A stretch of 64,000 nucleotides of DNA from Squalus acanthias. Lineage: Eukaryota. Position numbers and translations under genes: made by a program. Positions 51,139 through 64,000 of the stretch are shown in pieces. The notes beneath the pieces were generated by a model that searched no databases, was not told the DNA's origin, and saw only the letters and a list, made by a program, of their open reading frames with translations. Numbering within the stretch: position 1 is the first letter of the stretch; every line of letters begins with the position of its first letter. The DNA lies in contig CM059432.1 of NCBI GenBank assembly GCA_030390025.1, forward strand, positions 142,974,001 to 143,038,000, in the 5' to 3' direction.

Positions 51139-54100
51139 TTCTAGTTCTGATCTCTATACACAGTTCCAGAATATTCTAGTCCTGATTAGAGCGCACAGTT
51201 CCAGATTATTCTAGTCCTGATCTGTACACACAGTTCCAGATTATTCTAGTCCTGATCTGTACACACTGTTCCAGATTATTCTAGTCCTGATCTGTACAAA
51301 CAGTTCCAGACTATTCTAGTTCTGATCTCTACCCAGAGTTCCAGAATATTCTAGTCCTGATCTGTACACATAGTTCCAGATTATTCTTGTTTTGATCATT
51401 ACACACACTTATAGATTATTCTGGTACTGGACTGCATACAAAGTGCCAGATTATTCTAGTCCTGATCTGCACACACCGTTCCAAATTATTCTAAGCCTGA
51501 TGTGTACACACAGTTCCAGATTATTCTAATCCTGATCTGTACACACAGTTCTAGATTATTTCAGTACTGATCTGTACACACAGTTCAACATTATTCTAGT
51601 CCTGATCTGTACACACAGTTCCAGATTATTATAGTTCTGATCTCTACACACAGTTCCAGAATATTCTAGTCCTGATCCGTACACACAGTTCCAGATAATT
51701 CTAGTCCTGATCTGTACACGCAGTTCCAGATTATTCTAGTCCTGATCTGTACACACAGTTCCAGATTATTCTAGTCCTGATCTGTACACGCCGTTCCAGA
51801 TTATTCTAGTCCTGATCTGTACACACAGTTCCAGAATATTCTACTCCTGATCTTACACCTAGATCCAGATAATACTTGTTTTGATCATTACACACAGTTC
51901 TAGATTATTCTAATCCTGAGCTGTACACACAGTTCCATATTATTCTAGTCCTGATCTGCATACACAGTGCCAGATTATTCTAGCACTTACCTTTGCACAC
52001 AGTTCCAGATAATTCTAGTCCTGATGTGTACACACAGTTTCAGAATATTCTAGTCCTGTTCTGTACACACAGTTCCAGATTATTCTAGTCCTGATCTGTA
52101 CACACAGTTCCGGAATATTCTAGTCCTGATCTGCACACATTGTTCCAGATAATTCTGTTTTTATCATTACTCACAGTTCTAGATTATTCTATTCCTGAGC
52201 TGTACACATAGTTCCAGATTATTCTAGTCCTGATCTGTACACACAGTTCCAGATTATTCTAGTTCTGATCTCTACACACAGTTCCAGAATATTCTAGTCC
52301 TGATCTGTACACATACTTCCAGATTATTCTTGTTTTGATCATTACACACAGTTCTAGGTTATTCTAGTCCTGATCTGTACAAGCATTTCTAGATTATTCT
52401 AACACTGATTTGTTCACACATTTCCAGTTTATTCTAGTCCTGATTTTTACACACAGTACCAGGTTATTCTAGTTTTGATCTCTACACACAGTTCCACAAT
52501 ATTCTAGTCCTGATCTGTACACACTGTTCCAGATTATTCTAGTCCAGATATGTACATACAATTCCAGATTATTCTAGTCCTGATCTGTACACAAAGTTGA
52601 AGATTATTATACTCCTGATCTGTACACAGAGTTCCAGATTATTCTAGTCCTGATCTGCATACAGAGTTGCAGATTATTCTAGTCGTGATCTGTACACACA
52701 GTTCCAGATTATTCTAGCACTGATCTTTGCACACAGTTCCTGATAATTCTATTCCTGATCTGTACACACAGTTCCAGATTATTCTAGACCTGATCTGTAC
52801 ACAAAGTTGAAGATTATTTTAGTCCTGATCTGTACACACAGTTCCAGATTATTCTAATTCGGATCTCTATACACAGTTCCAGAATATTCTAATTCTGATC
52901 TGTACACATAGTTCCAGATTATTCTTGTTTTTATCCTTGCACACTGTTTGAGATTATTCTATTTCTGATCTGTACATTCAGTTCCAGATTATTCTAGTCC
53001 TGATCTATACACACAGTTGCAGATTATTCTCGTCCTGATCTGTACACACAGTTCCAGAATATTCTACTCCTGATCTGAACACACAGTTCCAGATTACTCG
53101 AGTCCTGATCTGAACACACAGTTCCAGATTATTCTAGCCCTGATGTGTACAAACAGTTCCCGATTATTCTAGTTCTGATCTCTATATACTGTTCCAGGTT
53201 ATTCTAGTCCTGATCTGTACACCCAGTTCCAGATTATTCTAGTTCTGATCACTATACACAGTTCCAGAATATTCTAGTCCTGATTAGAGCACACAGTTCC
53301 AGATTATTCTAGTCCTGATCTGTACACACTGTTTCAGATTATTCTAGTCCTGATCTGTACAAACTGTTCCAGATTATTCTAGTCCTGATCTGTACAAACA
53401 GTTCCAGAGTATTCTAGTTCTGGTCTCTACCCAGAGTTCCAGAATATTCTGGTCCTGATCTGTACACATAGTTCCAGATTATTCTTGTTTTGATCATTAC
53501 ACACAGTTATAGATTATTTTGGTACTGGACTGCATACAAAGTGCCAGATTATTCTAATCCTGATCTGTACACACAGTTCTAGATTTTTTCAGTACTGATC
53601 TGTATACACAGTTCAACATTATTCTAGTCCTGATCTGTACACACAGTTCCAGATTATTCTGGTCCTGATCTGTACACGCCATTCCAGATTATTCTAGTCC
53701 TGATCTGTACATACAGTTCCAGAATATTCTAGTCCTGATCCGTACACACAGTTGCAGATAATTCTAGTCCTGATCTGTACACGCAGTTCCAGATTATTCT
53801 AGTCCTGATCTGTACACACAGTTCCAGATTATTCTAGTCCTGATCTGTACACGCCGTTCCAGATTATTCTAGTCCTGATCTGTACACACAGTTCCAGAAT
53901 ATTCTAGTCCTGATCTGTACACATAGATCCAGATAATTCTTGTTTTGATCATTACACACAGTTCTAGATTATTCTAATCCTGAGCTGTACACACAGTTCC
54001 AGATTATTCTAGTCCTGATCTGCATAAACTGTGCCAGATTATTCTAGCACTGACATCTGCACACAGTTCCAGATAATTCTAGTCCTGATTTGTACACACA

Positions 54101-57100
54101 GTTCCAGAATATTCTAGTCCTGTTGTGTACACACAGTTCCAGATTATTCTAGTCCTGATCTGTACACACAGTTCCAGAATATTCTAGTCCTGATCTGCAC
54201 ACATTGTTCCAGATAACTCTGTTTTTATCATTACTCACAGTTCTAGATTATTCTATTCCTGAGCTGTACACATAGTTCCAGAATATTCTAGTCCTGTTGT
54301 GTACACACAGTTCCAGATTATTCTAGTCCTGATCTGTACACACAGTTCCAGATTATTCTAGTTCTGATCTCGACACATAATTCCAGATTATTCTTGTTTT
54401 GATCATTACACACAGTTCTAGGTTATTCCTGTCCTGATCTGTACAATCATTTCTAGATTAATCTAACACGGATTTGTTCACACATTTCCAGTTTATTCTA
54501 GTCCTGATTTTTACACACAGTACCAGGTTATTCTAGTTTTGATCTCTACACACATTTCCACAATATTCTAGTCCTGATCTGTACACACTGTTCCAGATTA
54601 TTCTAGTCCAGATATGTACATACAATTCCAGATTATTCTAGTCCTGATCTGTACACAAATTTGAACATTATTATACTCCTGATCTGTACACACAATTCCA
54701 GATTATTCTAGTCCTGATCTGCATACAGAGTTCCAGATTATTCTAGTCGTGATCTGTACACACAGTTCCAGATTATTCTAGCACTGACCTTTGCACACAG
54801 TTCCAGATAATTCTATTCCTGATCTGTACACACAGTTGCAGATTATTCTCGTCCTGATCTGTACACACAGTTCCAGAATATTCTATTCCTGATCTGAACA
54901 CACAGTTCCAGATTATTCTAGTCCTGATCTGTACACACAGTTCCAGACTATTCTAGTTCTGATCTCTACCCACAGTTCCAGAATATTCTAGTCCTGATCT
55001 GTACACATAGTTCCAGATTATTCTTGTTTTGATCATTACACACAGTTATAGATTATTCTGGTACTGGACTGCATACAAAGTGCCAGATTATTCTAGTCCT
55101 GATCTTCACACACCGTTCCAAATTATTCTAATCCTCATGTGTACACACAGTTCCAGATTATTCTAATCCTGATCTGTACACACAGTTCTAGATTATTTCA
55201 GTACTGACCTGTACACACAGTTCAACATTATTCTAGTCCTGATCTGTACACACAGTTCCAGATTATTATAGTTCTGATCTCTACACACAGTTCCAGATTA
55301 TTCTAGTCCTGATCCGTACACACAGTTCCAGATAATTCTAGTCCTGATCTGTACACGCAGTTCCAGATTATTCTAGTCCTGATCTGTACACACAGTTCCA
55401 GATTATTCTAGTCCTGATCTGTACACGCCGTTCCAGATTATTCTAGTCCTGATCTGTACACACAGTTCCAGATTATTCTAGTCCTGATCTGTACACATAG
55501 ATCCAGATAATTCTTGTTTTGCTCATTACACACAGTTCTAGATGATTCTAATCCTGAGCTGTACCCACAGTTCCAGATTATTCTAGTCCTGATCTGCATG
55601 CACAGTGCCAGATTATTCTAGCACTGACCTTTGCACACAGTTCCAGATAATTCTAGTCCTGATCTGTACACACAGTTGCAGAATATTCTAGTCCTGTTGT
55701 GTACACACAGTTCCAGATTATTCTAGTCCTGATCTGTACACACAGTTCCAGAATATTCTAGTCCTGATCTGCACACATTGTTCCAGATAACTCTGTTTTT
55801 ATCATTACTCACAGTTCTAGATTATTCTATTCCTGAGCTGTACACATAGTTCCAGATTATTCTAGTCCTGATCTGTACACACAGTTCCAGATTATTCTAG
55901 TTCTGATCTCGACACACTGTTCCAGAATATTCTAGTCCTGATCTTTACACACAGTTCCAGATTATTCTAATTCAGATCTCTAAACACAGTTCCAGAATAT
56001 TCTAGTCCTGATCTGTACATACAGTTCCAGATTATTCTAGTCCTGATCTATACACACAGTTGCAGATTATTCTCGTCCTGATCTGTACACACAGTTCCAG
56101 AATATTCTATTCCTGATCTGAACACACAGTTCCAGATTATTCTAGTCCTGATCTGTACACACAGTTCCAGACTATTCTAGTTCTGATCTCTACCCACAGT
56201 TCCAGAATATTCTAGTCCTGATCTGTACACATAGTTCCAGATTATTCTTGTTTTGATCATTACACACAGTTATAGATTATTCTGGTACTGGACTGCATAC
56301 AAAGTGCCAGATTATTCTAGTCCTGATCTTCACACACCGTTCCAAATTATTCTAATCCTCATGTGTACACACAGTTCCAGATTATTCTAATCCTGATCTG
56401 TACACACAGTTCTAGATTATTTCAGTACTGACCTGTACACACAGTTCAACATTATTCTAGTCCTGATCTGTACACACAGTTCCAGATTATTATAGTTCTG
56501 ATCTCTACACACAGTTCCAGATTATTCTAGTCCTGATCCGTACACACAGTTCCAGATAATTCTAGTCCTGATCTGTACACGCAGTTCCAGATTATTCTAG
56601 TCCTGATCTGTACACACAGTTCCAGATTATTCTAGTCCTGATCTGTACACGCCGTTCCAGATTATTCTAGTCCTGATCTGCACACACAGTTCCAGATTAT
56701 TCTAGTCCTGATCTGTACACATAGATCCAGATAATTCTTGTTTTGCTCATTACACACAGTTCTAGATGATTCTAATCCTGAGCTGTACCCACAGTTCCAG
56801 ATTATTCTAGTCCTGAGCTGCATGCACAGTGCCAGATTATTCTAGCACTGACCTTTGCACACAGTTCCAGATAATTCTAGTCCTGATCTGTACACACAGT
56901 TGCAGAATATTCTAGTCCTGTTGTGTACACACAGTTCCAGATTATTCTAGTCCTGATCTGTACACACAGTTCCAGAATATTCTAGTCCTGATCTGCACAC
57001 ATTGTTCCAGATAACTCTGTTTTTATCATTACTCACAGTTCTAGATTATTCTATTCCTGAGCTGTACACATAGTTCCAGATTATTCTAGTCCTGATCTGT

Positions 57101-60100
57101 ACACACAGTTCCAGATTATTCTAGTTCTGATCTCGACACACTGTTCCAGAATATTCTAGTCCTGTTGTGTACACACAGTTCCAGAATATTCTAGTCCTGA
57201 TTAGAGCACACAGTTCCAGATTATTCTAGTCCTGCTCTGTACACACAGTTCCAGATTATTCTAGTCCTGATGTGTACGCACATTTCCAGATTATTCTACT
57301 CCTAATCTGTACATGCAGTTCCAGTTTATTCTCATCCTGATATAACACACAGTTCCAGATTATTCCAGTCCTGATCTGTACACACGTTTCCAGATTATTC
57401 TAGTCCTGATCTGTACACACGTTTCCATAATATTCTAGTCCTGATTGTTACACACAGTTCCAGATTATTCTAAAGCTGGTCTGCACACAAAGTTCCAGAT
57501 GATTCTAGTCATGATCATTACACAAACTTCCAGATGATCCTAGTCCTGATCTGTACACACAGTTCCAGATGATTCTAGTCCTGATCTGTACACAGAGTTC
57601 TAGAATATTCTTAAAATGATCTGTACACACAGTTCTGGTTTATCTAGTCCTCATCTGAACTCAAAGTTCCAGGTTATTCCAATTATGACCTGTGCATACA
57701 GCTCTGTTTTTTTCTAGTCTAGATGTGTACACGCAGTTCCAGATTTTTCAAATCCTGATCAGTACACACAGTTCCATATTATTCTAGTCCTGATCTTTAC
57801 AAACAGTTCCAGATTATTCTTGTCATGTTCTCTACAAAGAGTTCCAGATGATTCTAGTCCTGATCTGTACACACAGTTCTAGTTTATTCTAGTCCTGATC
57901 TGTAAACACAGTTCCAGATTATTCAAGTCCTGATCTGTACACACAGTTCCAGTTTATTCTAGTCCTTATCCGTACACATAGTTCCATTTTATTCTAGTCC
58001 TTATCGGTACACACAGTTCTAGATTATTCTAGTCCTGATCTGTACAACATTTCCAGTTTATTCTAGTCCTGATGTGTACACACAGTTCCAGATTATTCTA
58101 TTTCTGATCTCTATATACTGTTCCAGGTTCTTCTAGTCCTGATCTGTACACACAGTTCCAGATTATTCTACTTCTGATCTCTATACACAGTTCCAGAATA
58201 TTCTAGCCCTGATTAGAGCACACAGTTCCAGATTATTCTAGTCCTGATCTGTACACACAGTTCGATATTATTCTAGTCCTGATCTGTATACACATTATTA
58301 GGTTACTCTAGTTATGACCTCTGTAAACAGTTCCAGCATATTCTAGTCCTGATCTGAGCGCACAGTTCCAGAGTATTCTAGTCCTGATGTGTATGCACAG
58401 TTCCAGATTATTCTACTCATAATCTGTACATGCAGTTGCAGTTTATTCTCATCCTGATACAACTCACAGTTCCAGATTATTCCAGTCCTGATCTGTACAC
58501 ACGGTTCCAGATTATTCTAGTCCTGATCTGTACACACGTTTCCATAATATTCTAGTCCTGATCTGTATACACAGTTCCAGATTATTCAAGTCCTGATCTG
58601 TACACACAGTTACAGAATATTCTAGTCCTGATCTGTACACACAGTTCCAGATAATTATTGTTTTGATCATTACACACAGTTCTAGATTACTCTAATCATG
58701 AGCTGTACACACGGTGCCAGATTATTCTAGCACTGACCTTCGCACACAGTTCCAGATAATTCTAGACCTGACCTGTACACACAGTTCCAGATTATTCTAG
58801 TCCTCATCTGTACACACAGTTCCAGAGTATGCAATCCTGATGTGTACACACAGTTCCGGATTATTCTAGTCCTGATCTGAACACACAGTTCCAGATTATT
58901 CTAGTCCTGATCTGTACACGCTGTTCCAGATTATTCTAGTCCTGATCTGTACAAACAGTTCCAGATTATTATAGTTCTGATCTCTACACACAGTTCCAGA
59001 ATATTCTAGTCCTGATCTGTACACACAGTTCCAGATAATTCTAGTCCTGATCTGTACACGCAGTTGCAGATTATTCTAGTCCTGATCTGTGCACACAGTT
59101 CCAGATTATTCTAGTCCTGATCTGTACACGCCGTTCCAGATTATTCTAGTCCTGATCTGTACACACAGTTCCAGATTATTCTAGTTCTGATCTCTACACA
59201 CAGTTCCAGAATATTCTAGTCCTGATCTGTACACATAGTTCCAGATTATTCTTGTTTTGATCATTACACACAGTTCTATGTTATTCTAGTCCTGATCTGT
59301 ACAAACATTTCTAGATTATGCTAACACTGATTTGTTCACACATTTCCAGTTTATTCTAGTCCTGATTTTTACACACAGTACCAGGTTATTCTAGTTTTGA
59401 TCACTACACAAATTTCCACAATATTCTAGTCCTGATCTGTACACACTGTTCCAGATTATTCTAGTCCTGATCTGTACATACAGGTCCAGATTATTCTAGT
59501 CCTGATCTGTACACAAAGTTGAAGATTATTCTACTCCTGATCTGTACTCACAGTTCCAGATTATTCTAGTCCTGATCTGCATAGAGAGTTCCAGATTATT
59601 CTAGTCGTGATCTGTATACACTGTTCCAGATTATTCTAGCACTGACCTTGGCACAGAGTTCCAGATAATTCTAGTCCTGATCTGTACACACAGTTCCAGA
59701 TTATTCTAGTCCTGATCTATACACACAGTTCCAGATTATTCTCGTCCTGATCTGTACACACAGTTCCAGAATATTCTACTCCTGATCTGAACACACAGTT
59801 CCAGATTATTCTAGTCCTGATCTGAACACACAGTTCCAGATTATTCTAGTCCTGATGTGTACACACAGTTCCAGATTATTCTAGTTCTGATCTCTTTTTA
59901 CTGTTCCAGATTATTCTACTCCTGATCTGTACACACAGTTCCAGTTTATTCTAGTTCTGATCTCTATACATGGTTCCAGAATATTCTAGTCCTGATTAGA
60001 GCGTACAGTTCCAAATTATTCTAGCACTGACCTTTGCACACAGTTCCAGATCATTCTAGACCTGACCTGTACACACAGTTCCAGATTATTCTAGTCGTGA

Positions 60101-63100
60101 TCTGTACAAACAGTTCCAGATTATTCTAGCACTGACCTTTGCACACAGTTCCAGATAATTCTATTCCTGATCGGTACACACAGTTCCAGATTATTCTAGT
60201 CCTGATCTGTACACAAAGTTGAAGATTATTTTAGTCCTGGTCTGTACACACTTTTCCAGAATATTCCAGTCCTGATCTGTACAAACAGTTCCAGATTATT
60301 CTAATTCGGATCTCTACACACAGTTCCAGAATATTCTAGTTCTGATCTGTACACATAGTTCCAGATTATTCTTGTTTTTATCCTTGCACACAGTTTGAGA
60401 TTATTCTAGTCCTGATCTGTATATTCACTTCCAGATTATTCTAGTCCTGATCTATACACACCGTTCCAGATTATTCTCGTCCTGATCTGAACACACAGTT
60501 CCAGACTATTCTAGTTCTGATCTCTACCCAGAGTTGCAGAATATTCTAGTCCTGATCTGTACACATAGTTCCAGATTACTCTTGTTTTGATCATTACACA
60601 CAGTTATAGATTATTCTGGTACTGGACTGCATACAATGTGCCAGATTATTCTAGTCCTGATCTGTATATTCACTTCCAGATTATTCTAGTCCTGATCTAT
60701 ACACACCGTTCCAGATTATTCTCGTCCTGATCTGAACACACAGTTCCAGACTATTCTAGTTCTGATCTCTACCCAGAGTTGCAGAATATTCTAGTCCTGA
60801 TCTGTACACATAGTTCCAGATTACTCTTGTTTTGATCATTACACACAGTTATAGATTATTCTGGTACTGGACTGCATACAATGTGCCAGATTATTCTAGT
60901 ACTGATCTGCACACACCTTTCCAAATTATTCTAATCCTGATGTGTACACACAGTTCCAGATTATTCTAATCCTGATCTGTACACACCGTTCTAGATTATT
61001 TCAGTACTGATCTGTACACACAGTTCAGCATTATTCTAGTTCTGATCTGTACACACAGTTCCAGATTATTCTAGTTCTGATCTCTACATACAGTTCCAGA
61101 TTATTCTAGTCTGGATCCGTACACACAGTTCCAGATAATTCTAGTCCTGATCTGTACACGCAGTTCCAGATTATTCTAGACCTGATCTGTACACGCCGTT
61201 CCAGATTATTCTAGTCCTGATCTGTACACACAGTTCCAGAATATTCTAGTCCTGATCTGTACACATACATCCAGATAATTCTTTTTTTGATCATTACACT
61301 CAGTTCTAGATTATTCTAATCCTGAGCTGCACACACAGTTCCAGATTATTCTAGTCCTGATCTGAACACACAGTTTCAGATTATTCTAGTCCTGATCTGG
61401 ACACACAGTTCCAGATTATTCTAGTCCTGATGTGTACACACAGTTCCCGATTATTCTAGTTCTGATCTCTATATACTGTTCCAGGTTATTCTAGTCCTGA
61501 TCTGTACACAAAGTTGAAGATTATTTTAGTCCTGATCTGTACACACTGTTCCAGAATATTCTAGTCCTGATCTTTACACACAGTTCCAGATTATTCTAAT
61601 TCGGATCTCTAAACACAGTTCCAGAATATTCTAGTTCTGATCTGTACACATAGTTCCAGATTATTCTTGTTTTTATCCTTGCACACAGTTTTAGATTATT
61701 CTAGTCCTGATCTGTACATTCTCTTCCAGATTATTCTAGTCCTGATCTATACACACAGTTGCAGATTATTCTCGTCCTGATCTGTACACACAGCTCCAGA
61801 ATATTCTATTCCTGATCTGAACACACAGTTCAAGATAATTCTAGTCCTGATCTGTACACACAGTTCCAGACTATTCTAGTTCTGATCTCTACCCACAGTT
61901 CCAGAATATTCTAGTCCTGATCTGTACACATAGTTCCAGATTATTCTTGTTTTGATCATTACACACAGTTATAGATTATTCTGGTACTGGACTGCATACA
62001 AAGTGCCAGATTATTCTAGTCCTGATCTTCACACACCGTTCCAAATTATTCTAATCCTGATATGTACACACAGTTGCAGATTATTCTAATCCTGATCTGT
62101 ACACACAGTTCCAGATAATTCTAGTCCTGATCTGTACACGCAGTTCCAGATTATTCTAGTCCTGATCTGTACACACAGTTCCAGATTATTCTAGTCCTGA
62201 TCTGTACACGCCGTTCCAGATTATTCTAGTCCTGATCTGTACACACAGTTCCAGATTATTCTAGTCCTGATCTGTACACATAGATCCAGATAATTCTTGT
62301 TTTGATCATTACACACAGTTCTAGATGATTCTAATCCTGAGCTGTACACACAGTTCCAGATTATTCTAGTGCTGATCTGCATGCACAGTGCCAGATTATT
62401 CTAGCACTGACCTTTGTACACAGTTCCAGATAATTCTAGTCCTGATCTGTACACACAGTTCCAGAATATTCTAGTCCTGTTGTGTACACACAGTTCCAGA
62501 TTATTCTAGTCCTGATCTGTACACACAGTTCCAGAATATTCCAGTCCTGATCTGCACACATTGTTCCAGATAACTCTGTTTTTATCATTACTCACAGTTC
62601 TAGATTATTCTATTCCTGAGCTGTACACATAGTTCCAGATTATTCTAGTCCTGATCTGTACACACAGTTCCAGATTATTCTAGTTCTGATCTCGTCACAC
62701 TGTTCCAGAATATTCTAGTCTTGATCTGTACACATAATTCCAGATTATTCTGGTTTTGATCATTACACACAGTTCTAGGTTATTCCAGTCCTGATCTGTA
62801 CAAGCATTTCTAGATTATTCTAACACTGATTTGTTCACACATTTCCAGTTTATTCTAGTCCTGATTTTTACACACAGTACCAGGTTATTCTAGTTTTGAT
62901 CTCTACACACATTTCCACAATATTCTAGTCCTGATCTGTACACACTGTTCCAGATTATTCTAGTCCAGATATGTACATACAATTCCAGATTATTCTAGTC
63001 CTGATCTGTACACAAATTTGAACATTATTATATTCCTGATCTGTACACAGAGTTCCAGATTATTCTAGTCCTGATCTGCATACAGAGTTCCAGATTATTC

Positions 63101-64000
63101 TAGTCGTGATCTGTACACACAGTTCCAGATTATTCTAGCACTGACCTTTGCACACAGTTCCAGATAATTCTATTCCTGATCTGTACACACAGTTCCAGAT
63201 TATTCTAGTCCTGATCTGTACACAAAGTTGAAGATTATTCTAGTCCTGATCTGTACACACAGTTCCAGAATATTCTAGTCCTGATCTGTACACATAGATC
63301 CAGATAATTCTTGTTTTGATCATTACACACAGTTCTAGATTATTCTAATCCTGAGCTGTACACACAGTTCCAGATTATTCTAGTCCTGATCTGCATACAC
63401 AGTGCCAGATTATTCTAGCACTGACCTTTGCACACAGTTCCAGATAATTCTAGTCCTGATCTGTACACACAGTTCCAGAATATTCTAGTCCTGTTGTGTA
63501 CACACAGTTCCAGAATATTCTAGTCCTGATCTGCACATATTGTTCCAGATAATTCTGTTTTTATCATTACTCACAGTTCTAGATTATTCTATTCCTGAGC
63601 TGTACGCATAGTTCCAGATTATTCTTGTTTTGATCATTACACACAGTTCTAGGTTATTCCAGTCCTGATCTGTACAAGCATTTCTAGATTATTCTAACAC
63701 TGATTTGTTCACACATTTCCAGTTTATTCTAGTCCTCATTTTTACACACAGTACCAGGTTATTCTAGTTTTGATCTCTACACACAGTTCCACAATATTCT
63801 AGTCCTGGTCTGTACACACAGTTCCAGATTATTCTAGTCCTGATCTGTACACTTAGTTCCAGAATATTCTACTCCTGATCTGCACACATTGTTCCAGATA
63901 ATTCTGTTTTTATCATTACTCACAGTTCTAGATTATACTATTCCTGAGCTGTACACATAGTTCCAGATTATTCTAGTCCTGATCTGTACACACAGTTCCA
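51133..64000. repeat. 35-bp tandem satellite array, right arm
   Basis: Same monomer, orientation and variant set as the left arm. It resumes in register at AGATTATTCTAG (51133) and runs off the end of the window. Confidence 0.99.

Overview
This is eukaryotic DNA, probably from a cartilaginous fish (inferred from the SINE). About 93% of the window is one head-to-tail 35-bp satellite (consensus GTTCCAGATTATTCTAGTCCTGATCTGTACACACA) with higher-order blocks of variant monomers. The array is interrupted once, at 46688-51132, by a nested double insertion. The outer layer is a ~290-bp 5'-truncated SINE on the minus strand, resembling shark HE1/V-SINEs, with a CR1-type 8-bp tail and a 6-bp AGATTA target-site duplication (TSD). 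A 4155-bp PIF/Harbinger DNA transposon (46709-50863) sits inside that tail, with 12-bp terminal inverted repeats (TIRs) and an ATA TSD. It carries two convergent genes: an intact, intronless 386-aa DDE transposase on the minus strand and a three-exon Myb/SANT-like partner on the plus strand. The partner's third exon changes frame at a G10 run. No host genes, CRISPR arrays or RNA genes are supported.
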